This document shows, one piece after another, positions 17,830 to 33,076 of a stretch of 64,000 nt of DNA (position 1 is its first letter; every line of letters begins with the position of its first letter). The DNA comes from the human T2T-CHM13v2.0 reference genome, Homo sapiens, in assembly GCF_009914755.1 (NCBI RefSeq), contig NC_060935.1; one strand, given 5' to 3'. The notes under the pieces are model-generated. The model had not been told where the DNA came from. It ran no database searches and saw only the letters and a list, made by a program, of their open reading frames with translations. The position numbers were made by a program, and so were the translations under genes.

Positions 17830-20800
17830 TCCTTTCTTAGTGTGACTGTGAGGGATGTCTCAGGAAAGCCTTTAATCTGATATTTTTCCCAACCCCTTAG
17901 TTATAGTTGAGGGGACCTTTTGTTTACCCATGCCTTTTAAATCATGCCTGAAAGCCCAACTCCTCTGCTAGGCAGGGCTATTTTAGCTGGTACGGGACCC
18001 ATCATCCTTATGGCTCCAGGACAGACTCTTTGTCTCACCCTAGTGCAGACCAATATTAATTAACCCAGAAGTCTGGGCAACTGAAAGGAAAATTGGTGCA
18101 GCCACAACTGCCATACTGGTCTAGGTCCACCTTAAGGATCCCACCTCCTTCTCTAACCAGAGACAATATCCCCTAAAACCAGAAGTTAGGAAAGGGCTAG
18201 AAGCCATCACTGATAACTCAAGGATGCAGGGCTTCCTTAAACCCTGCAACAGCCCTTGTAATACTCTGATATTGGATGTACAAAAACCCAACAAAGGAAG
18301 GAGACTGGTCCAAGACCTCTGCCTCATTAATGAGGCTGTGGTTCCAATCCATATGGTGGTTCCCAATCCCTATACCCTACTAACTCAAATACTTGAGGGA
18401 ACTAAATGGTTCACAGTCCTGAACCTAAAAGACATCTTTTTCTGCATACCATTACACCCCAACTGCCAGTATTTATTTGCATTCAAAGATCCATCCAACC
18501 AGACCACAAAGCTAACCTGGATGGTGTTACCGCAGGGATTCTAAGACAGCCCCCAGCTGTTTGGGCAGTTCCTTTATCCTCAGGTGAAAGTTTTACAATA
18601 TGTAGATGACATTCTCCTTTGCGTTCCAATTGAGGAAGTCTCAGGAGGACAGTAAGGCTTGTCTTAATTTTCTGGCTAACAGAGGATATAAGGTCTCAAA
18701 ATCTAAGGCTCAGCTCTGTCAGACTTCAGTGAAGTACCTAGGTCTAGTCTTGTCAGAGGGGACCAGGGAACTAGGTGAAGAAAGAATTAAGTCCATCTCC
18801 TCTTTTCCTCTCCCCAAAACCCTCAAGCAACTGAGAGGATTCTTGGGGATTACAGGACTATGGATACCTGGGTATGGTGAAATAGTTTGTCCCTTATATC
18901 ACATAATAAAGGAGACTCAGGCAACTAAGACTCACTCCCTAATTTGGGAACCAGAGGCTAAAAGGACCTTTGACCAACTGAAACAAGCCTTGCTTGAGGC
19001 ACCAGCCCTTAGTCTTCCCATAGGGAAGACATTCAATCTTTATGTATCAGAAAGGAAAGGAATGGCCCAGGGAGTTCCAACTCAGGCCCAAGGTCCAGCC
19101 CAGAAACCTGTAGGTTACCTAAGCAAGGAGCTGAATTTGGTAGCTAAAGGATGGCCAGCCTGCCTCCGGGCAGTCACAGCAGTAACCTTGTCAGTACCAG
19201 AGGCCACTAAGGTGACCATGGGGTATAACGTAACCATTTATACTCCACATAATGTGGCAGGACTGCTGTTCTCTAAGGGGAGGCTCTGGGTAGTGGATGA
19301 CCATCTCCTCAAATATTAAGCTGTGCTATTAGAGAGATCTGCAGTTAAGAATCTGTCCTTCCCTAAACCCAGCAACTTTCCTCCCAGAGAAAGCTGGGGA
19401 GCTTGAACATGACTATGAACAGATAGTAGTGCAAACCTATGCGGTCAGAGAGGACCTTGAAGAAACCTCCTTAGAGAACCCAGACTGGACTCTCTTTACA
19501 GATGGAAGTTCTTTTGTGGAATAAGGGATCCATAAAGCAGGGTATGCAATAGTCACCCTAAATGATATTATTGATAGCATGCCTCTCTCCTCAGGCACAA
19601 GTGATCAACTAGCTGAGGTAACTGCCCTCACAAAGGTGCTTGAATAAAGCAAAGGGAAAGCAGTTAACATTTATACTGATTCTAAGTATACTTTCCTAGT
19701 CCTCCCTGCCCATGCCACTATCTGGAAAGAAAGGGACTTCCTCACAGCTAATAGGTCTCTCATACCACCAGGAAATTAAGATATCATTATCCTCAGTTTT
19801 CCTTCCATGGGAAGTGGCAATATTACATTGTAAAGGCCACCAAAAGTGAACAGATGAAATAGCTGAGGGAACTAAGGTGGCAGACCAAGCAGCTAAGTCG
19901 GCAGCAAGAGGGCCCCAGATTTCTGATCCACTTGAGGCCCCTCTGATCTGGGAGGGCTCCAAGAGAAATAAAACCTCAATATTCTCCTGTGGAAATAGAA
20001 TGGGCCACCTCTCAGGGACACACCTTTCAGCCCTCGGGATGGCTGCAATCAGAGGACAGCAAACTTCATCTACCAGCTACCAGCCAGGTAGTTCTTAAAA
20101 GTTCTTAAAATCCTTCAGCAAGCCCTCCACCTAGGTAAGCATAAAACCTATCAATTGGCCCAAATGTGGTTTTCAGGTAAAAATCTGCTAAAAATGGTCA
20201 AAAAGGTCACTAATGCTTGTGAGACTTGCCTTAGAAATAATCCCCTCAAGCAACATCTTCTCCCTTCTGGAACCCAAATAATGGGAGGTTACCCAGGGGA
20301 AGACTGGCAGATAGATTTCACCCCTATGCAGAAGACGAGAGGCATCCACTACCTCCTAGTGTGGGTAGATATCTTCACTAACTGGGTAGAAGCATTTCCA
20401 TGTTGGACACAGAAAGCCTCTGAGGTGATAAAAGTACTAATTAATGATGTAATTATTCGTTTTGCACTTCCTAAACACCTCCAGAGTGATAATGGGCCTT
20501 ACTTCAAGGAGGCTGTCACCCGGGGGTCTCAAAGGCAGTAGGCATACAATACTATCTTCATTGTGCTAGGAGACCACAATCTTCAGGAAAGGGAGAAAAG
20601 ACAGATGATATTATCAAAAGGTACCGCAGAAAACTGTCTTGAGAGACTCATCTGCCCTGTATTACTTTTCTTCCCATAGCCCTACTACATGTCAGAAACA
20701 CCCCTTCAAAGCTGGGTTTAATTCCCTTTGAAATGATGTACAGACGACCTTTTCTCACCAATGATTTCTTGCTAGACCAAGAAACCTCTGATTAGATTAC

Positions 20801-21130
20801 ATGTATAACATCTTTGGCCCATTTCCAATAGGAACTGAAACAACTGTCAGAGGCCCAATTCTGTGAACTAGGGCCATCTCTATTCAACCCAGGGGACATA
20901 GTACTGGGTAAAGGCACTTCCTACCCTCTCTCCCTCTCTAGGTCGGCACTGGGAGTGACCTTATACCATACTTCTTTCTACTCCTATGGCAGTAAATGTC
21001 ACTGGAAAATATTCTTAGATTCATCATACTCGAGTAAAGGCCTGGGAAAACTGACGGAATTATCTCTGTTGACCTGTAACAGTACCCGAAGTACCAGTGT
21101 GAAAAAATCAGAGACCTCAAGCTAAATGAC
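17830..21130 (+). pseudogene. Decayed retroviral pro-pol (protease C-half, RT, RNase H, integrase)
   Basis: PESPTPLLGR; LPQGF and YVDD (18599-18610); LFTDGSS ~19492; WQIDFT and SDNGP; many stops and frameshifts. Confidence 0.92.
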
Positions 21131-21156
21131 AAAAGGTTAAGTGTCATTAACCTACC

Positions 21157-21600
21157 ATGGACATCCTCTTTATAGTCTCTCCTAGGCTTGCTCTTCTCAC
21201 CCTTGTTCTGTTCCTCACAAGGCATCTTTGCCAAGGACCCCTTAATCCTGAACCCCCAAGGGATTATATACTCCCCTAAACAGTTATTTTTCTTCTAAAG
21301 TTTAACTGTCCCCATACAAGATTTAATTTCTTTCACTAGGGTGAAACAGCTCTAGCCATAACATTGTTTCAGCATGTTTAGTCTATTTTGCTCCTTATTT
21401 CTGTTATCTTTGGGACTACATTTTTCCCTTCTAGCTCCTCTTTGTATAATACACATATTTGGTCCATGTATATTTAACCTCCTTGTAAAATTTGTTTCTT
21501 CTCAATTAGAGATCATTAAACTCCATATGGTCATGCAAATGGAGCCTCAGACGATGGCTCCCTTTTACTGGGAACTCTTAGGCCTCTGAGAGAGATCAGA
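21157..21600 (+). pseudogene. Internally deleted env remnant (leader plus TM/cytoplasmic tail)
   Basis: FGPCIFNLLVKFVSSQLEIIKLHMVMQMEP in ORF 21374..21589, typical of HERV-W/9-like env C-termini. Confidence 0.8.
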
Positions 21601-21701
21601 CTGCTGTTTTTGCAAAACAGCACCCCGTCAGCAGAAAGCAGCAATTGTGGTCATTGTCCTTATCCTAATGGCAGTTAGATGTACTTCTTCAGAGGGAGGA
21701 T

Positions 21702-22353
21702 TGATAGCAGCAAGAGACAAATTCCCAGGCAGACAGGGGTGGGTCCATGGTGAAACCCAACATTCAAGTCAAAGGTGGCCTGAAGCCTGAAAACTGCATG
21801 CCAGTTCCGGACAGAGTCCACAACTAGAATGAAAACTTCCTCGATGCCTAAGGCCAATCCAATGCCCGCCCACAGACCACTCAACATGCACTCCCACATT
21901 CTGAGCCCATAAAAACCCTGGACTCAGCAACACGTGGGGGTTACCTACCTTTGGGACCCCTATCACACAGAGGGTTATCCACTTTGGGTCCCCTCTCATG
22001 TTGAGAGCTGTTCTGTTGCTCAATAAAAATCCTTTTCCACCTTGCTCAGTCTCTCATGTCCATGTAATCTCATTCTTCTCAGATGCGGGACAAAACCCTG
22101 GAACCTGCCGAACCTGCAGAACCTGCCGGTGGGAAAGGGGCTATAACATTGTAGCCCTCCTGCCTTCTGCCAGGAGCGGACAGCCGCCCCACATGACAGG
22201 AAGCAGTGGCAGGGCCAAGCAGGCCCAGGAGCCGCAAGCCAGAGTGGGGCAGTGGGCCTGAATGAGCTGTTAACACAAATGAGCTGAAACACATCCCCCT
22301 ATCATTCGCTGCCTTGTGGATGGCACGAAGGAGACAGAGTTGTAACAGTCCTT
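21702..22353 (+). repeat. 3' LTR of provirus, 3'-truncated
   Basis: Homologous to 16033-~16715; AATAAA 22022-22027; homology ends abruptly at L1 sequence. Confidence 0.8.
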
Positions 22354-23449
22354 TGATCTGAGGAATGGAAACAAATCCAGAATGATGAAAAGTGAACAGA
22401 GTCTCAGAGACCTAAGGGATGCCATCAATTTTACCAACAAAAGCATAATGGAAATCCTAGAACGACAGAAATGCCAGAAAGAATATTTGAAGAAATAATG
22501 TCTAGAAACGTGCAAATTTGAGAAAAAACTTAATCTACACATGAAGGTAGCTCAACAGTCTCTAAGTAGGATAAACTAAAAGAGATCCATACCTAGACAG
22601 ACCATAATCAAACTGAAAATACAAAGACAAACAAAATCGTGAAAGCAGTGAGAAACAACTCATCACATACAAGGGTTTCTCAGTAAGACTGACAGCTGAT
22701 TTCTCACCAGAAACCAGAAGTAGTGAGATGACATTCAAAGACTTGATATTTACTTTGATTGTTGAAGAAAAAAGATAAAAAACTGATAGCAAAAAAAGGT
22801 CAACCAAGAATTTTCTTTTCTTTTTGAGACAGCGTTTCACTCTGTTGCCCAGGCTGAAGAGCAGAGGAACCATTATAGCTCACTGTAGCTTTGAATGCTG
22901 GGGCTCAATCGATCCTCCCACCTCAGTCTCCCAGGTAGCTGGGATGACAGGAACTCACAACTATGCCTGGCTAATTAAATGAAAAAATTTTTAATAGAGA
23001 TGGTGTCTCACTATATGTTGCCTAGATAGGTCTTGAACTCCTAGCCTCAAGCGATCCTCCCACCTTGGCCCCCACAAAGTGCTGGGATTACAGGAGTAAG
23101 CCACCACAGCCAGCCTCAAGGAAGAATTCTATATCTAACAAGACTCCAAACTAAAACTTTAAAAATTGTATGTTATCAAATAAACAACTAAAAGAATTAG
23201 TTGCTAGCAGATTTTCCCTGTAAGAAATACTAAAGGGGGACTCCTTCAGGCTAAAATGAGATGATACTGGAGAGTAACTTGATAACAACATAATATAAAG
23301 CAGTATAGGTTAGGTGCAGTGGCTCATGCCTGTAATCCCAGCACTTTGAGAGGTTTAGACGGGTGGATCACTTGAGGCCAGGAGTTTGAGACCAACCTGG
23401 CCAACACAGCAAAACCCCATCTCTACTAAAAATACAAAAAAATTAGCTA

Positions 23450-23668
<219 letters not shown>

Positions 23669-23760
23669 TTAAAAAGATAACTGTACACAACAATATGGGC
23701 ATATAATGTATGAAGGTGTAATTTATATGACCTTAAAAACATGATCCAACTATATGCTGT

Positions 23761-25455
23761 TGTCACAGGATCCTTAGGGTGTCGCTTTTCCAGTTCGAAA
23801 CCTCTGTGGCTGGTGGTGCCTTTGCCTGAGTTTTGCTAGGGCCTGCTGGGTTTGTTCCGCCCACTTGGCCAAGCAGGCTGTGTTTGGCTCATGCTACTGG
23901 GCCTAATCCCATGCCTGCTGGTGGTGAGCCAGGCATGAAGCAGTGAGGGGTGTATGAGTGAGCTCAGCCACCGAGCATAGTCAGGCATGTTGGATGCAGT
24001 GGGGCGGGCATATCCAGGCACTGGCTCCCTGTGAGGTTGCATCTGGATCAGACATACCACAGTGGCTTCCACTGTGGGTACTGGGGAACGTAGTGGCACC
24101 CTGAAGCTTGGAGACATCAAGAATCCCAGAGCCCCAAAGAGGGTGTCACAACCCTGGTTTGGGGAGCTCTTAGGTCTGGGCTCCCCAAAGGGCCTCAGCT
24201 CTTCTTTCCTTCTCATTGTCTGCAACGTGGTGAGCAAGGGGGCATGTTTCAGCCCTGTTTTACAGATCTTTCAGTCCCGCCTTTCAGTGGGTCCCATGTT
24301 ATTATCCTGCGTCCAGGAAGAATGAGGTTCACGGTCAACTGGAAGGTGCTCAAGGCGGAGAGGAGCTTCACTGAGTGACAGAACAGCCCTCAGGAGACCT
24401 GCAGTGGGTAGCTCCTTTCCGTAGGCAGGTCGTCCCCACGAGTATCCAGCTCTCAGTGGAGAGGATACCCACAGTGGGAAGCTCCTTTCTGCAGTGCCTT
24501 TCTGTGCAGGCAGGTCATCCTGATGAGTGTCCAGCTCTCAACAGAGAGGAGACCCACAGTGGGTAGCTCCTTTCTGCAGGCAAGTCATCCTGACGAGTGT
24601 CCAACTCTCAGTGAATAGAGCTGCAGTGGGTAGCTCCTTTCTGCAGGCAGGTTGTCCCAACAAGTGACCAGTTCTCAGTGGAGATGAGACCCACAGTGAG
24701 TAGCTCCTTCTCACAGCTGGTAGTCCCAACATCTCTGTGAGTCTGGCTGAGTCTGGGGTTTTTATGGACCTCAAATGGGAGTAAGTATGTGCTGATGGGT
24801 CCATGGACAGCCATGGGTGGGTGCAGAAAAAGCACCATAAATTCTCACTCTGGGCCATGGATCTGCAGTCTGGCCCCCAGGCTTTAGCTGTCTCTGGCTT
24901 GAAGGTGTGGCTTCACCAGGGGCCTGCCCCTTTCCACCTAGGAGACCATCTGCCTCCTGCCACCATCAACCTGACATCCAAGGTGCCCACGGTGCTTAGG
25001 CTGTTCATGCCAAGGGGCAGGCCCATGCCGAGTTGCCCTCAGCCTCACCCTTGGCCTCCCTCATGTGCTCATCAGAGCTCAAAGTCCAGAGGGGGACCGA
25101 GGCAGCATGAGGCTGGTGTGTTGGTGCTGCCCCTAGTGTGCACACACCCAGCCAGGTCCCGACAGCAGCAGGCTCAGCCTCAACTTTACTTTGAAATCGG
25201 AGTGGGCACCGGGAGCAGGGAGAGGCCAGGCAGCGGGAGTAGGCGCTTCCAAGCCTGCAGGGAAAGGGGGGCTTCCCTGGCCCCCGAGAGTGCAGGGATG
25301 CCTGCTCCACAGCTGCAGCTGCACCTGGGAGGGCAGGGCTCCTGCCCATCCAACTTGGAAGGGGACAGGGCACCCATCTGTTCCCAGCTCCTGCTGCCCT
25401 GTGGAGCACACAGCCCTGGCCACACCTCCCGTGCTGCAGCCGGCGTCTTGGCACC
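23761..25455 (-). mobile_element. MER52-family solo LTR (ERV1)
   Basis: Minus strand ends GGATCCTGTGACA; GC-rich U3; characteristic internal tandem repeat. Confidence 0.8.
24395..24730. repeat. About 5 copies of a ~70-bp tandem unit inside MER52
   Basis: CAGTGGGTAGCTCCTTTC core recurs at ~24402, 24472, 24557, 24624 and 24694. Confidence 0.85.
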
Positions 25456-25566
25456 AGGTGCTGGACTGATTCAAAGACACAAACAGGGTGAAAGTAAAAG
25501 GATAGGAAAGATTACTGGATTACACCATCCAGTAATCAAGTAAGACTTAAAGTTGTTATGTTAATA

Positions 25567-25789
25567 CAGGTTGAGTATATCCCTTATCTGAAATGCTTGG
25601 GACCAGAAGTGTTTCAGATTGTTCTCCCTTTCAGATTTTGGAACATTTGCATTATACTTACTGGTTGAGCATCGCTAATCTGAAAATCTGAAATGCTCCA
25701 ATGAACATTTCCTTTGAGGGTCATGTTGGTATACAAACAGTTTTGGTTTTGGAGCATTCTGAATTTTTGCATTAGGGATACTCAACCTG
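25567..25789. mobile_element. Tigger4a/MER46-type MITE
   Basis: TIRs CAGGTTGAGTAT...ATACTCAACCTG; TA on the left. Confidence 0.8.
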
Positions 25790-26665
25790 TCTCAAAGTAG
25801 GTATTAAGACAAATATTGTTACTAGAGACAAAGATAATGACAAAAAAGGTCAATCCACAAAAAGATAACATGGCTGGGTGAAGTAGCTCACTTTGGGGAG
25901 GCTGAGGTGGTAGAATCGCTTGAGCCTAGGGTTCAAGACCATCCCGGGAAACCTAGTGAGAACCCACCTCTATGGTTTTTAGAAATTAGCTGGGCTTGGT
26001 GGTGTGCACCTGTAGTTCCAGCTGCTCTGGAGGTGGAGGTGGGAGGATAGCTTGAGCCCAGGAGGTCGAGGCTGCAGCGAACCATGACTGCACCACTGCA
26101 CTCGAGCCTGGGCAACAGGGTGAGACCCTGTCTTTAAAAAAAAAAAAAAGAGAGAGAGAGAAATAACACTTATAAACATAAATACACCTAACTGAGCCCA
26201 AAGTATAAAGCAAACTCACAGAAGGGAAAGGAGAAACAGATAATTCAACAATAAAAGTTGAAGGCTTCTATACCACACTTTCAGTAATACATAGAACAAC
26301 TAGGCAGAAGATCAATAAACAAACAGAAAATTTAAACTGTAAAGCAACTAGACCTACCAGATAGCTATAGAACATTCCAGTCAAAAACAGCATAATACAC
26401 ATTTTTCTCAAGTGTACATGGAACATTTTCCAGGGCCGACCATATATTAGGACATGAAATAAGTGTCAATAAATTTATGAGATGCAACTAAAGCAGTGCA
26501 CAGTGGAAAATTTACAGCTATAAACACCTGTATTTAAAAAAGAGATGCCAGGCATGGTGGCTCACGCCTGTAATCCCAGCACGTTGGGAGGCTGAGGCAG
26601 GCAGATCACCTGAGGTCAAGAGTTTGAGGCCAGCCTGGCCAACATGGTAAACTCCGTCTCTACTA

Positions 26666-26839
<174 letters not shown>

Positions 26840-27249
26840 CTAAATAAAATAAATAAATAAATAAAAAGATAAGCCAAGCATGGTGGCATATGCCTATAAT
26901 CCCACCTATTTGGCAGGCTGAGGCAGGAGAGTACCATGAGGTGAGGAATTCAAGAGCCTGTGTCTAAAAACATCTCTTTAAATTAGGTAGGTGTGCTGGC
27001 ACGTGCCTGTAGTCCCAGTAGTTCAGGAGTTCAAGGCTGTAGTGAACTATGATCGCGCCACTGCACTCTAGCATGGGCAACAGACTGAGATCTTGTCTCA
27101 AAACAAACAAACAAGTAAACAAAAACCTTAAAATTTAAAATCAATTACCACATTGGGCCAGGCACGGTGGCTCACGCCTGTAATCCCAGCACTTTGGGAG
27201 GCCAAGGCAGGCAGATCACAAGGTCAGGAGATTGAGACCATCCTGGCTA

Positions 27250-27429
<180 letters not shown>

Positions 27430-27785
27430 TCATCTCAAAAAAAAAAAAAAAAAAATTCAATAACCACATCATCTACCTTAAGAAACTAGAAAAAGAGCAA
27501 AGCAGAAGGAAATAAGCAGAGTATACATAAATGAAACAAAAATAGAGAAAAATGAATAAAAACAAAAGCTAGTTCTCTGAAAACGTCAACAATGTTGACA
27601 ATTCTGTAGCTAGACCAACCGAAAAAAAAAAGAGAATACTCAAATTATACTAGATCAGAAAAGTAAGAGGGGATATTACTATCAATATTATAGAAATAAA
27701 TGGGAATGTAAAGGAACAGTATGAACAGTTGTTATCTCAACAATTTAGAGAATCTAGATGAAATGAGTAATTCTTAGAAAGACCC

Positions 27786-28181
27786 TCATGTAGTTTAGAT
27801 GTTGCTCCTGCTAAATCTCACCTTGAATTGTAATCCCCAATGTTGGAGGTGGGGCCTGGTGGGAGGTGTTTTGGCCACAGGGGCAGATTCCTCATGCCCT
27901 GGTGCTATCCTTGAGATAGTCAGTTCTCACAAGACCTGGTCATTTAAAAGTGTGTGACACCTCTTTCTCTCTTGCTCTCACTCCTGCCATGTGAGAGGCC
28001 AGCTTCCCCCTTCACCTTCTGCCATGATTGTTAAGCTTCCCAAGGCCTCCAGAAGGCAAGCAGATGCCAGCACCATGCTTCCTGCAAAACCTAAAGAACT
28101 GTGAGCCAATTAAAACCTCTTTTCTTTATAAGTTACCCACTCTCAGGTGTTTCTTCATAGAAACACAAGAACAGACTAATA
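27786..28181 (+). mobile_element. MST (MaLR) solo LTR
   Basis: GAATTGTAATCCCCAATGTTGGAGGTGGGGCCTGG signature; 5-bp TSD GACCC at 27781-27785 and 28182-28186. Confidence 0.85.
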
Positions 28182-28650
28182 GACCCAAACTATGAGAACT
28201 GACTCAAGAAGAAACAGAAAATCTGAACAGACCTATAACAAGAAATGGAATTTGTAATAAAGAAACCTCTCACGAGGAAAAGCCCAACTGGGATCAAATG
28301 CCCTCACTGGTGAATTCTACAAAACATTGAATGAAACACCAATCCTTTACAAACTCTTTTTGAAATAGTAGGAGAGGACTTCTCAACCCATTCTTTTAGA
28401 CCAATATTGCCCTGATACCAAAACAAGAGAAAGACATCACAAAACTACACGCCAATAATCCTTATGAAACTGGACATGGGAGCCAGGGTCAATGGCTCAT
28501 GCCTATAATCCCAGCATTTTGGGAGGCCGAGGTGGGTGGATCATGAGGTCAGGAGATTGAGACCATCCTGGCCAACATGGTGAAAACCCATCTCTACTAC
28601 AAATACAAAAATTAGCTGCGCCTGGTGGTGTGTGCCTGTAATCCCAGCTA

Positions 28651-29082
<432 letters not shown>

Positions 29083-29755
29083 TCAGGAAAAAAAAAAAAA
29101 AAAATCCTTAACAAAATACTAGCAAATCAAGTCCAGCAACATATAAAAACAGTGATGCACCATGACCAAGTGGGATTTAATGCAGTAATGCAAGGTTGGT
29201 TGAATAAAAATAAATCAGTGTAATATACTATATCCCTAACGTAAAAGACGAAAGTCACATTATCATGGAAAAAGAACTGAACAAAATCCAACCAATCTGG
29301 GCAATATAGTGAGACCCCCATCTCTGCAAAAAATTAAAAATTTAGCTGGGTATGGTGGCATGTGCCTATAGTTCCAGTTACTTGGGAGGGTGAGGTAGAA
29401 GGATAGTTTTAGTCTGGGAGGCTGAGGCTGCAGTGGGCCATAATCATGCCACTGCAGTCCAGCCTGGATGACAGAGTAAGAACCTGTTTCAAAAGCAAAA
29501 CAAAACAAAACAAAACTCTACCAAAGAAACCAAAAAAAACAAAATCCAACACCCTTTCATGATAAAAACACTAGAAATAAAAAGAAATTTCCTCAACCTC
29601 ATAGAGTTATCTATTAAAAAAAAAAAAAGCCAAGTAACATCATCTTCAATGGTTTAAAATTCAAACCTTTCCCCATAAGATCAGGGAAAAGGTAAGAAGG
29701 TCTGTTCTTGTCATTTCTATTCAACATTGCATGTATCCTCTAGCCAGGGCAATTA

Positions 29756-30548
<793 letters not shown>

Positions 30549-30652
30549 TCATGCCTATAATCCAGCACTTTGGGAGGCCAAGGCCAGCAAATCACCTGAG
30601 GTCGGGAGTTCGAGACCAGCCTGACCAACATGGAGAAACCCTGGTGCTACTA

Positions 30653-31291
<639 letters not shown>

Positions 31292-32191
31292 TTACTGTAA
31301 AGCTACAGTAATCCAGACGATGTACTGGCATGAGGTTAGACACAGAAATTAGTGGAACAAAATAAAAAATCCAGACCTTTCTTATTTATCTAGTCAACTC
31401 TGAAGCATGGAATCCAGACATTTATGGTCAGTTTATTTTTTTTCAGAGACAGAGTCTTGCTCTGTCACCCAGGCTGAAGTAGAGTGGCTCAATCATAGCT
31501 CACTATAACCTTGAACTCCTGGGCTGAAGTGATCCTCCCACTTCAGCCAACCCAGTAGCTAGGACTAGAGGCATGTACCACCAAATAAATGCCCAGCTAA
31601 TTACTTACTTATTGGTACAGATGGGGTGTCTCAGTATGCTGCCCAGGCTGGTCTCGCTCCCCTGGCTTCAAGCAATCCTCCTGCCTTGGCCTCCCAAAGT
31701 GTTGGGATTACAGGGTGAGCCATTACAGCTGGCCTGCATTTTTCATAACAGTGTCCATTAATGAATGGACAAACAAAATATGGCATATTCATATAATGAA
31801 ATATTCAGCTATAAAAAGGAATGAAGTACTAATACCTGCTACAACATGGAATAAGGCTGAAAACATTATGCTATGTGAAAGTCAGACACAAAAAGCGAAA
31901 TATTCTATTTCATTTATGTGCAATGTCCAGGCAAGGCACATGTATAGATACAGAAAGTAGATTTGTGGTTGGCAGAGGACGGGGCAAGGGGGAATTGGAA
32001 GTGACTTAATAGTATAAGGATTCTCTTTGGAGTGATGGAAATATTGAAATTACTGGTGATATCTGCACATTATGAATCCATAAATATCCTGGATTTTCAT
32101 ACCCTGAAAAACAACGAAGTTTACATTTTGTAGTATGTGCATCATATCTCAATAAAAAAATATGATTCCAATTTTTTTTTTTTTTTTTTGA

Positions 32192-32488
<297 letters not shown>

Positions 32489-32847
32489 TAATGTGTCGTA
32501 TGAGGTTCTACTTGCTTTGTACCCTAATTTCCTCTTCAGCCTATGTTTTACCATTCCATCGCTTCCAGCCAAACTGGTCTTTCAGTCCCACAGATACACA
32601 TTGATTATATTTCAAGGCCATTGTTTATTCTATTTCCTTTGCTTGGGCAGCTAATCTTTTCTTAACCTAGCTATCTTCAACTCATTCTTCACAGTTTAGT
32701 ATAATTACTCCCTATTCCCTACTATTAAATATTCCCTTATAGGTATTACTTAATACTTATAAGTATTCCCTTATATTTTCCTTTGAAGTACACTTATCTC
32801 AGTGCTGGCATAATAGTCAGTAAGTATTTGTTAGCTACTGAAATTAT

Positions 32848-33076
32848 AAGTGGGAGCTAAAGGATGAGAACACACGGGCACATAAAGGGAACAACACACA
32901 CTGGGGCCTATTGGAGGTGAAGGGTGGGAGGAGGTAGAGGATCAGGAAAAATAACTAATGGGTTCTAGGCTTAACACCTGGGTGATGAAATAATACGTAC
33001 AACAAACCCCTATGACACAAGTTTACCTATATAACAAACCTGCACATGTACCCCTGAATTTAAAAGATAAAAAAAA
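32848..33076 (+). mobile_element. 5'-truncated L1PA 3' end
   Basis: L1PA 3'UTR plus A tail; TSD GAAATTAT at 32840-32847 and 33077-33084. Confidence 0.85.

Larger units (their letters stand above)
16033..22353 (+). mobile_element. Defective class-I endogenous retrovirus (HUERS-P-like, ERV1): LTR-PBS-(gag deleted)-pro-pol-(env remnant)-PPT-LTR
   Basis: TG-start homologous LTRs at 16033 and 21702, PBS-Pro, RT/RNaseH/IN motifs, env tail, PPT AGAGGGAGGA 21691-21700. Confidence 0.9.

Noticed and set aside
18224-20541. RT and integrase ORFs as a functional or domesticated pol
   Set aside because: Stops and frameshifts separate LPQG from YVDD and break RNase H and integrase
22341-22349. CAGT as a TSD closing the provirus
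   Set aside because: LTR-LTR homology extends through and past it, so it is LTR-internal
24395-24730. Regularly spaced repeats resembling a CRISPR array
   Set aside because: Degenerate tandem units with homologous spacers inside a MER52 LTR in human DNA; no cas genes
24803-25543. 246-aa ORF and overlapping ORFs
   Set aside because: GC-rich LTR sequence depleted of stop codons; no domain similarity
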